In this document: positions 19,696-28,527 of the stretch, in pieces
Numbering within the stretch: the first letter of the stretch is position 1
Layout: every line of letters starts with the position of its first letter
Source: a virus
Taxonomy: Duplodnaviria; Caudoviricetes
DNA length: 58,311 nt
Reading direction: 5' to 3' (one strand)
IMG/VR virus record: IMGVR_UViG_3300009788_000113
Location: 1 to 58,311 of that record
The notes under the pieces: model-generated
Databases searched by the model: none
The model's input: only the letters and a program-made list of their open reading frames with translations
Told to the model about the DNA's origin: nothing
Translations under genes and position numbers: made by a program

Positions 19696-19992
19696 TTAGG
19701 TGTTCTCGCCCTGAGCGCGGAGCATTCGGACGAGGAAACCTGATGCGATACTCCATATGGCTGATCCTGCTATACCAGCAGGGCCTAGAGTTGAAAGGAT
19801 TCCCTTAACTATTGGCGTGCTTTGTTCTATCCCTGTAGCGACACCCTCTGCGCCTTGTTCAAGGACGCGATCGGTGGTTTGCCCAAACGCATCTTTGAAT
19901 GTGTTCCAGTCGTCAGACGAGCAACCTGAAATGTGTAGCAGGATGAGTGCGCTAGATGTGAGGGTGGCGAGAGCGAGTGTGCGTTTCATCAA
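19696..19992 (-). CDS. Lipoprotein with C-terminal TM segment (unimolecular-spanin-like topology)
   Basis: Signal peptide with ISGC lipobox; C-terminal GPAGIAGSAIWSIASGFLV; next to the holin. Confidence 0.55.
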   Translation of the reverse strand: MMKRTLALATLTSSALILLHISGCSSDDWNTFKDAFGQTTDRVLEQGAEGVATGIEQSTPIVKGILSTLGPAGIAGSAIWSIASGFLVRMLRAQGENT

Positions 19993-20111
19993 TCACCCTC
20001 CGGCGGACAAGTGGTTGGTTCGCCGTTCTCATCGCAACACACGCGCACGCACGGTGGTTGGCCGGGAGGAACAGGACAATTCGGGTTCGGGGGTGGGCAG
20101 TGCGACATGGA

Positions 20112-20747
20112 TTAGCCTCCTCGTGTCGGTTTGATGTCGTCGGGTGTGCTTTGATCGCTGTCGTAGTTTTCGGCGGGCATTCTATGCGCTCGCAGGTAGA
20201 TGCGGGCGGTGTTCAGTGTGTTTATGACTGCACGCTGGGATTCGCCGTGCGCGTTGTTGAGCGTAACTTGTTCGAGGCGCGTGAGGATCTGCTCGAAGCC
20301 TTCGTGCGCGCGTTGGCCTGCTATCTTGAAGCCGAAGTTATAAGCAGAGGTGGTGCTCCCGCTTTCCTCGATGCTTGCCCACTCCTGGGCGACCGCTTCG
20401 CCGCTTATCAAGCCTACGTCTCTTCCTGTGTCGTCCATGATGTCTTTCCTGATTACGGGTACAAAGAACTGTTTAATTTGAGCGATATCTTCGCGGTTGG
20501 CGTCTACCTTGGCGGTGAGTGTGCCGATGCTTGCGCCAACGACGGCGATGTCGGTGCGTATGTTGGCGGCGCTTGTGCTTACGAGGAGGCTATTTACGAA
20601 GGCATGACCAGCGAGGGCGGCGATGACGGCGGTGGAGAAAATACCGATTATTATAAGTTCTCTTTTTCGCATGTATGCCACCGATTCGTGTAGGTGTTCA
20701 GTCCGTGATTCGAGCGTCGCTATTTTTTCTCCGTGGGTGGGAACCAT
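20112..20747 (-). CDS. Membrane-anchored coiled-coil protein
   Basis: TM segment LIIIGIFSTAVIAALAG. Confidence 0.55.
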   Translation of the reverse strand: MVPTHGEKIATLESRTEHLHESVAYMRKRELIIIGIFSTAVIAALAGHAFVNSLLVSTSAANIRTDIAVVGASIGTLTAKVDANREDIAQIKQFFVPVIRKDIMDDTGRDVGLISGEAVAQEWASIEESGSTTSAYNFGFKIAGQRAHEGFEQILTRLEQVTLNNAHGESQRAVINTLNTARIYLRAHRMPAENYDSDQSTPDDIKPTRGG

Positions 20748-20753
20748 ATAGGG

Positions 20754-21392
20754 TCATCCAAAGAATCTTCCCGCGAGTACTCCGGCGGTGGGGCCGACCA
20801 TCGCTGTGCGTATGAGGACCATGACCTTTGTGAAACCGCCGCAGTAGAGAAAGATGTTGTCGTGCTGGATGCGGAAGACCTGCGCGCCGCCGGTCACGTC
20901 GTCCTTGGTGACTTCGGTGACGGTGGTGAAGTCGAGGAGGTGTACGTCGGTTTTGGGATGGTAAAGGGGGAGCCAGTGGCCGCGCTCACGCACATCGGTG
21001 TCGGACATGGAGGTGGTGGCGTTGATGAGGATGTCATCGTAGTTGGTGGAGTCCACGTCTGCGGCTTGGAATCCGCCGTACGCTGTGCCGGAGGAGCCTT
21101 TGGGGATGGGCTCGAAGCCGAATGCGGAGATGCCGAGCGCGGTGGTTATTGCGCCCGCGCCGGAGACGAGGTTGTGGAGGCCAAGGAGGGCGTGGTTGCC
21201 GGGGCTGCGTATGTGGATGGCTGCGCCTTGGGCGTCATCGCCTGCGGCTACAGCGTAGGGATCGTCCACGTCGCCGGTTTGTGTCATGGAGTCGTTGTTG
21301 AGGATTAGTAAGGGGGAGGAGGAGGCGCGGATGATGGTGGGGGAGGCTACGGGGTCGCCTCGGTAAGTGTTGCTGAAGAGTGCGTCAGCCAT
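20754..21392 (-). CDS. Putative virion structural protein
   Basis: Beta-rich, G/T/D-rich, in the RBP block. Confidence 0.5.
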   Translation of the reverse strand: MADALFSNTYRGDPVASPTIIRASSSPLLILNNDSMTQTGDVDDPYAVAAGDDAQGAAIHIRSPGNHALLGLHNLVSGAGAITTALGISAFGFEPIPKGSSGTAYGGFQAADVDSTNYDDILINATTSMSDTDVRERGHWLPLYHPKTDVHLLDFTTVTEVTKDDVTGGAQVFRIQHDNIFLYCGGFTKVMVLIRTAMVGPTAGVLAGRFFG

Positions 21393-21393
21393 G

Positions 21394-21843
21394 CTAGACC
21401 TCGCAGTATATGACGGCGGTGATGAAGCCTTCTACGGTGGACACTATATCAAGTCCTTGGGAGACGGTGGTGTCGAACCATCCGTGGGGGTTGTAGGGGA
21501 GGGTGAAGTGGCCACCGGGGACTAGAATGGCGACGCCCGTGCCGAAGAGGTTTGTGGGGGTGGTGTCTTGGATGGCGAAGGTGGCGGTGCTCTCGGAGTT
21601 GATGACGAGGGAGAGGACGCGGATCTGTTTGGTGGCGACGAGAGCGACGAGGTTGATTGTGCCCGCGTCGAGGCGACCGCCCGTGGCGCGTTTGACGGTG
21701 AGGGGAGCGGCGACACCTACCTGGAGGAGTTCGCCCATTCGCTCCAAGGCGGCTACATGCTGGACGTGAACGTCCCCGCCGACATCTGTAGTGTCGAGGT
21801 CGGAGCCGCCGGAGCCCGCGTTGAGAGTGATGTTATCGGCCAT
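21394..21843 (-). CDS. Putative virion structural protein
   Basis: MADNITLNAGSGG...; beta-rich, LPYNPHGWF. Confidence 0.55.
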   Translation of the reverse strand: MADNITLNAGSGGSDLDTTDVGGDVHVQHVAALERMGELLQVGVAAPLTVKRATGGRLDAGTINLVALVATKQIRVLSLVINSESTATFAIQDTTPTNLFGTGVAILVPGGHFTLPYNPHGWFDTTVSQGLDIVSTVEGFITAVIYCEV

Positions 21844-22378
21844 GAACGATGGTTCCGTTTATCAGGAGGCGAGCAACGTAGTCCGCAGTTCTTCGACGCG
21901 CGGCGGGGGTTGAACCGGGTATCGGGATGAGGGTGACTCCATACTCAAGGCACAGGCGCTGGAGCGCGTCGAGGGCGAGAGCGGGGTTGACCTTGGAGGA
22001 GGGGTAGGTGGTGGAGAGAGTGGGGAGGCCGCCTTCGACGATGAGGTGGGGGCGACGCCAGGATTCGGACATGCGTGTGAGTTGGGCCACGAAATTGCGG
22101 CGTTTGCTAAGGCTGAGACAGTTGGCGGCAATCTCATCAATGGACCTCTTAGTCTCTACGATGACCGAGCGCTCGGAGAGAGCGTAGCAGTTGCAGGGTG
22201 AGTCGGCAAGTGCGTAGTCGGCGGTCTTCAGGGTCTCGGCGCGGGTCTTGAGACGGACTGTGATAGCCTTTTGTTCGGTTGGGAGGGCGCGGGGGTCGAG
22301 GATCTCCAGCGCCGCTGGAAAAACCAGGGGTTTCTTTTCCCTTTTATCTATCAAGATTGTGTATTCGCGTCCCCGCAT
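21833..22378 (-). CDS. ERCC4/XPF-type nuclease (possible Holliday junction resolvase)
   Basis: ILIDKREKKP, LKTADY and IVETKRSIDE correspond to the ERCC4 DxRE, GDY and ERK motifs. Confidence 0.8.
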   Translation of the reverse strand: MRGREYTILIDKREKKPLVFPAALEILDPRALPTEQKAITVRLKTRAETLKTADYALADSPCNCYALSERSVIVETKRSIDEIAANCLSLSKRRNFVAQLTRMSESWRRPHLIVEGGLPTLSTTYPSSKVNPALALDALQRLCLEYGVTLIPIPGSTPAARRRTADYVARLLINGTIVHGR

Positions 22379-22401
22379 GGAGTCCCATCCGATAAGTTTG
22401 T

Positions 22402-22605
22402 TTAGGTAAGGAACCCTATCGTCACAAGTGTTTGGGTGTAATAGACTATTCCAAGCAAAAGCATGCCTGCGCAGAATCCGGCAAGCATGCGAATAAACTC
22501 GGATTTATCTGTAATTGCTGCGCGAATTGATGCTACAAACGCTGAGAATAGAAAGCCTAGCACGATAATTAGGATTGCTTTCAGAACGAAGTCGGTGGTT
22601 GTCAT
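22402..22605 (-). CDS. Small two-TM membrane protein
   Basis: Two hydrophobic stretches; AT-rich. Confidence 0.6.
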   Translation of the reverse strand: MTTTDFVLKAILIIVLGFLFSAFVASIRAAITDKSEFIRMLAGFCAGMLLLGIVYYTQTLVTIGFLT

Positions 22606-22820
22606 GGGGTGGGATCCTTTGTGGTGAGGCGTTCGAGGGTGGTTTCGAGCTTCTCGCGGACGTGGTAGGACATGTTGCCCTCGCAGTCTATGAGGTAGCC
22701 TTGCTTGACGAAGGAGCCGTCCTTCGCGGATGTGCCGCTGGCGTGGAAGCCGACTATCTTGCCGCGCGCTATGTGGACGGGGCCTCCCTCCACGAGCGCG
22801 AACTCCACGAGGTCAATCAT
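22602..22820 (-). CDS. Hypothetical protein
   Basis: MIDLVEF start coupled to the upstream stop. Confidence 0.5.
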   Translation of the reverse strand: MIDLVEFALVEGGPVHIARGKIVGFHASGTSAKDGSFVKQGYLIDCEGNMSYHVREKLETTLERLTTKDPTP

Positions 22821-23224
22821 GTCTCGCCCTCCTGCTTGGGCTGCTCGTCGCGCAGCGATCGGATGGCGGCGATGGGTCGAGCGCAGTAAGGGCAAACTTG
22901 CATAATTTTCTGCGAAGAATCGGGCACATAGCGACCAGACCAAACCTCACCCTTGCCCTCGCACGTTGCACACGCCCCGCGCACGGCGTTGATGGCGGCG
23001 TCTATGCTGATGCGGCTCTCGTTCTGTTTGATATAAGCAAGGAAACGCAGGTCTGTATCATTCTTAGGGTCAGCGGGGATACGAATAGTTGGATTGCGGC
23101 CATCCCACTTCTTGTCATGGTGCCCCTTTACAAAGGCTTGGAGCAGCTTCCTTGCCTCTGCGTGCGAGACTTCACCACACAACTCGGAAAGCGTTGCATT
23201 GTTTTTCGTTCGCTGCTCACTCAT
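22817..23224 (-). CDS. Hypothetical protein with CxxCxGxG Zn motif
   Basis: CATCEGKG...CPYC. Confidence 0.6.
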   Translation of the reverse strand: MSEQRTKNNATLSELCGEVSHAEARKLLQAFVKGHHDKKWDGRNPTIRIPADPKNDTDLRFLAYIKQNESRISIDAAINAVRGACATCEGKGEVWSGRYVPDSSQKIMQVCPYCARPIAAIRSLRDEQPKQEGET

Positions 23225-23507
23225 CGCTGGATTCCTTTGCGGCTCTCACTTCTTCAAGCGCAGCGACAAGTACCCGCTCCGCGATTTCATAATCAAGTTC
23301 AATCTCTTGGTGTGGCTCTTGACTCCATCCGAAAACATGAGAGAGCGGAAGAAATCGTTGAATTATGAACCGTCGCAGCACCCCATGTTCCTTAATAGTA
23401 ATTAGATCGCCACTTGAGCTAAGCATTTTCGCTCCTGTAGACATCACACTCCTCCCTTCGCATCGTTCTTTGTTCGCTGCTCACTCATCGCTGGATTCCT
23501 TTGCGGC
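23208..23507. repeat. 36-bp exact direct repeat at gene junctions (23208-23243, 23472-23507)
   Basis: GTTCGCTGCTCACTCATCGCTGGATTCCTTTGCGGC occurs twice. Confidence 0.9.
23217..23447 (-). CDS. Hypothetical protein
   Basis: GGAGGAG SD; ends AAKESSDE. Confidence 0.55.
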   Translation of the reverse strand: MMSTGAKMLSSSGDLITIKEHGVLRRFIIQRFLPLSHVFGWSQEPHQEIELDYEIAERVLVAALEEVRAAKESSDE

Positions 23508-23720
23508 GAGTTCTTGGCGCTTCTCTAGCTTCATACGACAAACCTTGCATTCGTCTGGTCTGACAACTCCGTCGTAGTCTTCTCGCCATTTACCTTGTGT
23601 GCCCCACTTCCTGCATAAAGACATTCCGCTCTCATCAAAGAAATGCCGCTTGCGCGCCATGTCAAACTTAACCCAACCTTCAATGTCAAACTTGATACAG
23701 AATTCATTAGGCTTGCCCAT
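23481..23720 (-). CDS. Small Zn-binding hypothetical protein
   Basis: HFF...SLC...CKVC; ends AAKESSDE. Confidence 0.55.
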   Translation of the reverse strand: MGKPNEFCIKFDIEGWVKFDMARKRHFFDESGMSLCRKWGTQGKWREDYDGVVRPDECKVCRMKLEKRQELAAKESSDE

Positions 23721-24088
23721 CACCCTTCTCCCTTCGCGGCGTCCGCTGCGCGTTGCGCGGCGTCGGGGGTGGAGTAGAACTTGCGCCGCCACTTGCCATG
23801 AAGGTCAGTTTCAAACCAGTGCATACCGTTGTTGCGTGCTGATATTCCGAGTACTGTTCTGCTATTAGGCACACATATAAAACACTCATCCACCCCATGC
23901 ACAAACGCCTTGCCGGTGTCGGCGTACACGGGCAGCTTGGCGATGGTGGATTCGAGGTCTTCGATGGTGTCGTCTTGTTTGTCTATGAAACATTGCGCGC
24001 ATATCCAGCTGTTGTCACGTTCGAGTAGTTCTTTGCCCGATTCGCAAGATTCACAGCATTCGCATACATGGCAGAATTCACTTCCCAT
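23720..24088 (-). CDS. Cys-rich hypothetical protein
   Basis: MGSEFCHVCECCESC...; paralogous C-terminus with 24078-24365. Confidence 0.55.
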   Translation of the reverse strand: MGSEFCHVCECCESCESGKELLERDNSWICAQCFIDKQDDTIEDLESTIAKLPVYADTGKAFVHGVDECFICVPNSRTVLGISARNNGMHWFETDLHGKWRRKFYSTPDAAQRAADAAKGEG

Positions 24089-24365
24089 CGCGCGCCTCCT
24101 CTGCGGCTGCTTTGGTGGAGTAGCAATCAGCAATCTTGTATTTTTGTCCGCGCCCGTCGGCAACGTAACTTGAAGTCACGAACAATCTGTTGTGGATGGA
24201 TGGCCCTTCTTTGTATCGAGGGTGGTATATCTGCGTGTCTTGAATAACCCGCACCCCATCCCCCGTCTTGGGCAGCTTCTCGACGATCGCTTCTAGTTGC
24301 GCGATGCGGTCTTTGAGTTCACGATTACGGCGGACAAGTTCCGCAGCGACCAAACCGTCCATCAC
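24078..24365 (-). CDS. Hypothetical protein
   Basis: Coupled; RIAQLEAIVEKLP...YSTKAAAE. Confidence 0.55.
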   Translation of the reverse strand: MMDGLVAAELVRRNRELKDRIAQLEAIVEKLPKTGDGVRVIQDTQIYHPRYKEGPSIHNRLFVTSSYVADGRGQKYKIADCYSTKAAAEEARDGK

Positions 24366-24823
24366 TCACCCCCTTCTGGCTGCGCTGCTGGCTGGTCCTT
24401 GTTCTCCGGGCGCTGCTCGGCGAGCCACGCGACGGCGGCGGGCAAAGGGCAATCTTCATAATGCCCAATGGACTCCAGACCTTCTGCGAGACAAATTTTG
24501 CACTCACACCATCGCCCGTTCAGCGGTGCGGGCATTTTCACAGTTCTTGTCGTGCATTCCCCCACCAGCCGCTCGATGAGCGAGGTGGCTTGGGAGAGGG
24601 AGGCTTGAGCTTCGTCGTAGCCTGCTTTGAACGCCTTGCTATATGTCCTTGCTGCCCACGTCTCCGCACGCGCCGAGTCCAGGCGGGAGAGGAGGAAGCG
24701 TTCGCGCGAATTACGACTCCCAGAATTAGCCGCGTGATCTTCGCGTATCCCCGCCTCGCGCTGGTCGGCGCTCTCATCTGTCCGCGCAGTGGGTGCGTCG
24801 TTGGGGGGGTCTTGGGTTGTCAT
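24362..24823 (-). CDS. Hypothetical protein with C-terminal Zn motif
   Basis: CKIC...HYEDCP; AAGGA SD. Confidence 0.55.
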   Translation of the reverse strand: MTTQDPPNDAPTARTDESADQREAGIREDHAANSGSRNSRERFLLSRLDSARAETWAARTYSKAFKAGYDEAQASLSQATSLIERLVGECTTRTVKMPAPLNGRWCECKICLAEGLESIGHYEDCPLPAAVAWLAEQRPENKDQPAAQPEGGE

Positions 24824-24858
24824 GGGCGGGTTCCTTTATGTGAGCGATGAGGGGGAGG

Positions 24859-25041
24859 TTAGCGCTTGCGACGGCGCGCGGTGGAGAAGGCGATGGCCTG
24901 GGCTTGCTTGCGGGTGCGGACGCGGGAGCCGGAGGAGGAGCGCAGGGTTCCGGCCTTGAACTCGCGCAGGACGCGGGAGATTTTGCGGCGGGCGCGGGGG
25001 GTGCGGGGGATCGGTTTACGCTTGAGTTGTCGCTTGCCCAT
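24859..25041 (-). CDS. Small basic protein, DUF6496-like
   Basis: KISRVLREFKAGTLRSSSGSRVRTRKQAQAIAFSTARR. Confidence 0.75.
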   Translation of the reverse strand: MGKRQLKRKPIPRTPRARRKISRVLREFKAGTLRSSSGSRVRTRKQAQAIAFSTARRRKR

Positions 25042-25237
25042 TGTGGTTCTCCATGCGTTGGGTTATTTCATGGTCAGTGAGCACCATTGATACTTCGCAG
25101 TCTATAACTTTGCCTTGGAAGGCATCCAATATGCGACAAAGCCTTTCTTCGCCTATTACATCGCGGCGGTGTTGGCTGCCGTCGTGCGTGAGCAAACTGA
25201 TGGAGTAGATCCTTCCCTTGGTTGTGGTGTTGGGCAT
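25016..25237 (-). CDS. Hypothetical protein
   Basis: MPNTTTKG start with AGGA SD. Confidence 0.45.
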   Translation of the reverse strand: MPNTTTKGRIYSISLLTHDGSQHRRDVIGEERLCRILDAFQGKVIDCEVSMVLTDHEITQRMENHNGQATTQA

Positions 25238-25527
25238 GGCGATTCCTGTTGCGAGAGGATGGTGGTGATGTGGTGGGGGGATTGGCGGTGGGCTTCGGCG
25301 ATGGCGCGAGTGGGGACGCCGGAGAGGTGGGAGGCGTGGATGGAGCGGGCGGAGTCGCCGGTGGGGAGGAGGGGGCGGTTGTAGGGCCAGCCGAACTGGG
25401 AGGCGACGCGGCGGGCGTGGCGAGGGGAGAGGGAGGCGAGGGGGGCTGCGGCGTTGATGGGGAGGTGCTGGTCCACGAGGAGGTGGCGGAGGTGGGGGTA
25501 GTCTCGGGCGAGGCGGGGGATTCGCAT
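25156..25527 (-). CDS. Hypothetical protein, possibly HTH-like
   Basis: MRIPRLARDY start follows the 25530 stop; backbone-type codon bias. Confidence 0.45.
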   Translation of the reverse strand: MRIPRLARDYPHLRHLLVDQHLPINAAAPLASLSPRHARRVASQFGWPYNRPLLPTGDSARSIHASHLSGVPTRAIAEAHRQSPHHITTILSQQESPCPTPQPREGSTPSVCSRTTAANTAAM

Positions 25528-25529
25528 GG

Positions 25530-25757
25530 TTAGACGACGGGGGCTGCGTCCTTGATGAGGGCGACAACGGTGTCGAAGTCCTCTTCGGTGATGATGTAAC
25601 GGGAGTCGGGCGCAACGTCCTCGAAGGCTACGTCGCGGAAACTGATGTACGCGCGGTCGAGGGAGTCGATGTTGGGACGCACGGACTTGATGGCCCATAT
25701 GTTGATGAGCACGGACATGCCGCTGGTGGTGACGAGGATAAAGCGTTTAGGGGGCAT
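25530..25757 (-). CDS. Hypothetical protein
   Basis: GGAG SD. Confidence 0.55.
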   Translation of the reverse strand: MPPKRFILVTTSGMSVLINIWAIKSVRPNIDSLDRAYISFRDVAFEDVAPDSRYIITEEDFDTVVALIKDAAPVV

Positions 25758-25819
25758 CGCGCGGGTGCTCCGGGGTGGGTGTGTGGGTTCCTTCGCGTAG
25801 GATTATAGCAGGTGGGGGA

Positions 25820-26113
25820 TTAGGGTGGTGTTTGGGCGTTCACCATGCGAGTGATGATCTCGTCGAAGGTTTCGGAAGTGGTGTGGTGGACGTGGGAGGA
25901 GCCGCGCATAAGGATGTCGGCAGTCCCATCCGGATTGGTGAGGACGCAGCCTATCTCGTTGAGTATGGCGGAGATAGGTGCTTTTACCGAGCCGTTGACC
26001 TTGGGCGTGAAGGTGATGGAGCAGGCCAAGATTTCGTCCGCCTCGTGCTGGGGGTTGGTGTGTCGGACTAAGGCTTCTACGTCGATTACGCGCGGGGGTG
26101 AGCGATCCTTCAT
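25820..26113 (-). CDS. Hypothetical protein
   Basis: Coupled to the polymerase stop. Confidence 0.55.
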   Translation of the reverse strand: MKDRSPPRVIDVEALVRHTNPQHEADEILACSITFTPKVNGSVKAPISAILNEIGCVLTNPDGTADILMRGSSHVHHTTSETFDEIITRMVNAQTPP

Positions 26114-28254
26114 GCGGGTTCCTTTATTGAGGTGTCGTGGGCGAGGGGGACGTGGCGATCGTAGTGGTTCTCCAGGAGATGCCAGTAGTCGGCGGTGGTG
26201 ATCCAGGCGATGGCGTCCTCGATCATCTGAACTATGGAGAGGGCGGTGAAGCGATTCTTGCAGTCGAAGTAGTTGGCGTCGTAGACGTTGAGGTAGAGGT
26301 GGCAGGAGGGGGAAGGGTGGGAGAGCGAGGGGAGGTGCGTGTGGAAGAAGTGCTGGAGGCGCACGAGGACGTTCGATGCGGTGTTCTGCACGGGGAAGTT
26401 TACTATCTCGTTGGGTTTATTGCCAGCGGTTCCAGTGACAAAGGTGCGGGTTTGTCCGTAGATGGGGATTTCGAGGTAGCCTCGGGTGTTCACCTCGTTG
26501 AAGAGGGTTTGATGCCATGCCATGAGGCCGGGACGCAGGGAAGAGCGGGATTCGACGATCTTGTAGAAGAATGAGAGGGGGAAGAGGACGCGCGAGCGTT
26601 TGAGCATCTGGGCCTGCATCTCTTTAGCGCCCGCGAGATAGAGGTCTTGGAAGTTGAGGCTCTTGCTCCAGAAGCGGGGGTCGAGGCGGGTGTGGTGCTC
26701 GTCCTTCCAGTGGGCATGTTCGGTGATGGAGGGGCCGAAGACGAAGACGGCGCGGTCGGCGTGGAGATCGCGGCCTTCGAGGTAGTTCGTCATCAGGGAG
26801 TGGTCGCCCGACAACAGGGCGGCGCAGCGGAGTTCGATCTGGGCTAAGTCGAAGTAGACGATGAAGCCATCGCGCCAGCGGGAGCGGATGCAGTCTTTTA
26901 TTTCGCTGGGGAAGGTCTGGGCGGCGGGGTTCTTGAAGGAGGGGCGGCCTTGGCGCTGGCCGCCGGAGTCTCCTTGGGCGTCGTTGACGAAGGAGGGGAC
27001 GATGTAGACGGTGGGGTAAGCGAGGTGGATGGAAGGGTCGATGGTCTTCGCGCGCCGCTGGGGTAAAATCTTGGAGTTGCATTTTGCTATATTCTTACGG
27101 GAATGTCGGAGGAGGGGGTAGGTGTAGCGGGAGACGAGGCCCTGGGCGTCGGAGTGGGAGTCCCATAGGTCGAGCGAGGGGATGAATTCGTGATCGGGAG
27201 GGAGGAGGTGGCGCGCGAGGGCGCGGTTCACGTCCTTGAAGGAGACGAGTTTCTTCTTGTCGGTGGTCTGGAGGATCTTGGAGTCGTAGACGGATTCGAC
27301 GCCCAACTTCGAGAGTGGTGTGCCGAGGTCGTCGATGGTGGAGAAGACGCGATCGAAGAAGTCGTAGCGCGAGTGCTTGGGCGGGAGGTCTTTTTCGATA
27401 AGGCGTGAGGCGAGGTCGAGGGTGGAGGAGCCGGGGCCTTCGATGAGGAGGTCGTGCTTCTCGGAGAGGGTGTCACAAGCGTGCGTGGCGGTGAGGAGGG
27501 ATTCCTCCTCCAAATAGGTGAGGGAGGGGAGGTGGAAGGGGATGCCCGCTTCGACCATGCGGAGGCAGGACCACATCATGTCCGAGTAGAAGGAGAGGCA
27601 GGCGGGCGAGAGCTTTAGGGTGGAGGGGTAGTCGCGCGAAATGCGGCGCGCTAGTTCGGAGATGGCGAGTGGGGGGTTGTGCGTGTCTTCGGCGTTGTAG
27701 CGGTGTTCTTCGGGGTCGGAGGGGGACTTGAAGCGGTGGAACTCTTTGGAGTTGTAGTGATGGTCGGCGTAGCGGAAGAGACGGAGGACAATGCCGAGGT
27801 TCTTGAGGGAGCGCTCGGGGCGTGTTTCGGAGTGGAGGAAGTTGACGACGGAGAGGTCGATGAGGAGGTGGGAGCCCGAGAGGAACGTGCGGAATTCGGA
27901 TAGGTGGCGGAGGTAGAGGAGATCGAAGGACAGGTCTTTGCCGAAAATAGTTGTCGCCCAAGCGAGCCACTTGCGGAGGATGGTGCGGTGCCGCGCGCGG
28001 TGTAGTTCGAGGACCATCGTCTGGCCGGGGCGTATCTCGGCCAAGGAAGCTAGATCGAAAACATTATCGGATGGGACTCCCTCGACGAGGGTTATAGAGC
28101 AGGTTTGGATGAGGTCTTCCATGCGCACGCGGTCCTGGAGGATGGAGCGGCGCGGGTGGTAGACGGTTTGCGGGGGGAGCGGGAGCCCGAGGTGGTTGTG
28201 CGTGCAAACACCGTAGGTTTCTATATCGAGGCAGATAGCGCGAGTGTCGGGCAT
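26110..28254 (-). CDS. polA: Family A DNA polymerase with 3'-5' exonuclease domain (divergent)
   Basis: ExoI CLDIETY; QGRPSFKNPAAQTFP; motif A FDLAQIELR; DLH; motif B RFWSKSLNF...Y; NFPVQNTAS; motif C LNVYDA. Confidence 0.9.
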   Translation of the reverse strand: MPDTRAICLDIETYGVCTHNHLGLPLPPQTVYHPRRSILQDRVRMEDLIQTCSITLVEGVPSDNVFDLASLAEIRPGQTMVLELHRARHRTILRKWLAWATTIFGKDLSFDLLYLRHLSEFRTFLSGSHLLIDLSVVNFLHSETRPERSLKNLGIVLRLFRYADHHYNSKEFHRFKSPSDPEEHRYNAEDTHNPPLAISELARRISRDYPSTLKLSPACLSFYSDMMWSCLRMVEAGIPFHLPSLTYLEEESLLTATHACDTLSEKHDLLIEGPGSSTLDLASRLIEKDLPPKHSRYDFFDRVFSTIDDLGTPLSKLGVESVYDSKILQTTDKKKLVSFKDVNRALARHLLPPDHEFIPSLDLWDSHSDAQGLVSRYTYPLLRHSRKNIAKCNSKILPQRRAKTIDPSIHLAYPTVYIVPSFVNDAQGDSGGQRQGRPSFKNPAAQTFPSEIKDCIRSRWRDGFIVYFDLAQIELRCAALLSGDHSLMTNYLEGRDLHADRAVFVFGPSITEHAHWKDEHHTRLDPRFWSKSLNFQDLYLAGAKEMQAQMLKRSRVLFPLSFFYKIVESRSSLRPGLMAWHQTLFNEVNTRGYLEIPIYGQTRTFVTGTAGNKPNEIVNFPVQNTASNVLVRLQHFFHTHLPSLSHPSPSCHLYLNVYDANYFDCKNRFTALSIVQMIEDAIAWITTADYWHLLENHYDRHVPLAHDTSIKEPA

Positions 28255-28257
28255 TGA

Positions 28258-28527
28258 TTATTTCTGGCGTTCTTCAAGCAGCCAAGCATGGAGCAGGAAA
28301 CCCACGAGGAAAGGGTAGTAAATGCTGAGGCTTATTAGGGGAGGTAGCACGAGTCCTATACCCGCGAAGAAGCTCATCCACGAAGGGAGTGTGACGCACC
28401 AGTAGCGCCAGCCGGTGCGCCATTTGGAAGTCCCATCCGATTGTTTTCCTTCTTTGGATGCTGTGGCGGCGTGGTGGAGTTCAATTTGGGAAAGGTCGAA
28501 GTCGTCTTGCATGAGAGTTCCTTTCAT
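28258..28527 (-). CDS. Small membrane protein
   Basis: C-terminal hydrophobic segments; contains a motif copy. Confidence 0.55.
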   Translation of the reverse strand: MKGTLMQDDFDLSQIELHHAATASKEGKQSDGTSKWRTGWRYWCVTLPSWMSFFAGIGLVLPPLISLSIYYPFLVGFLLHAWLLEERQK

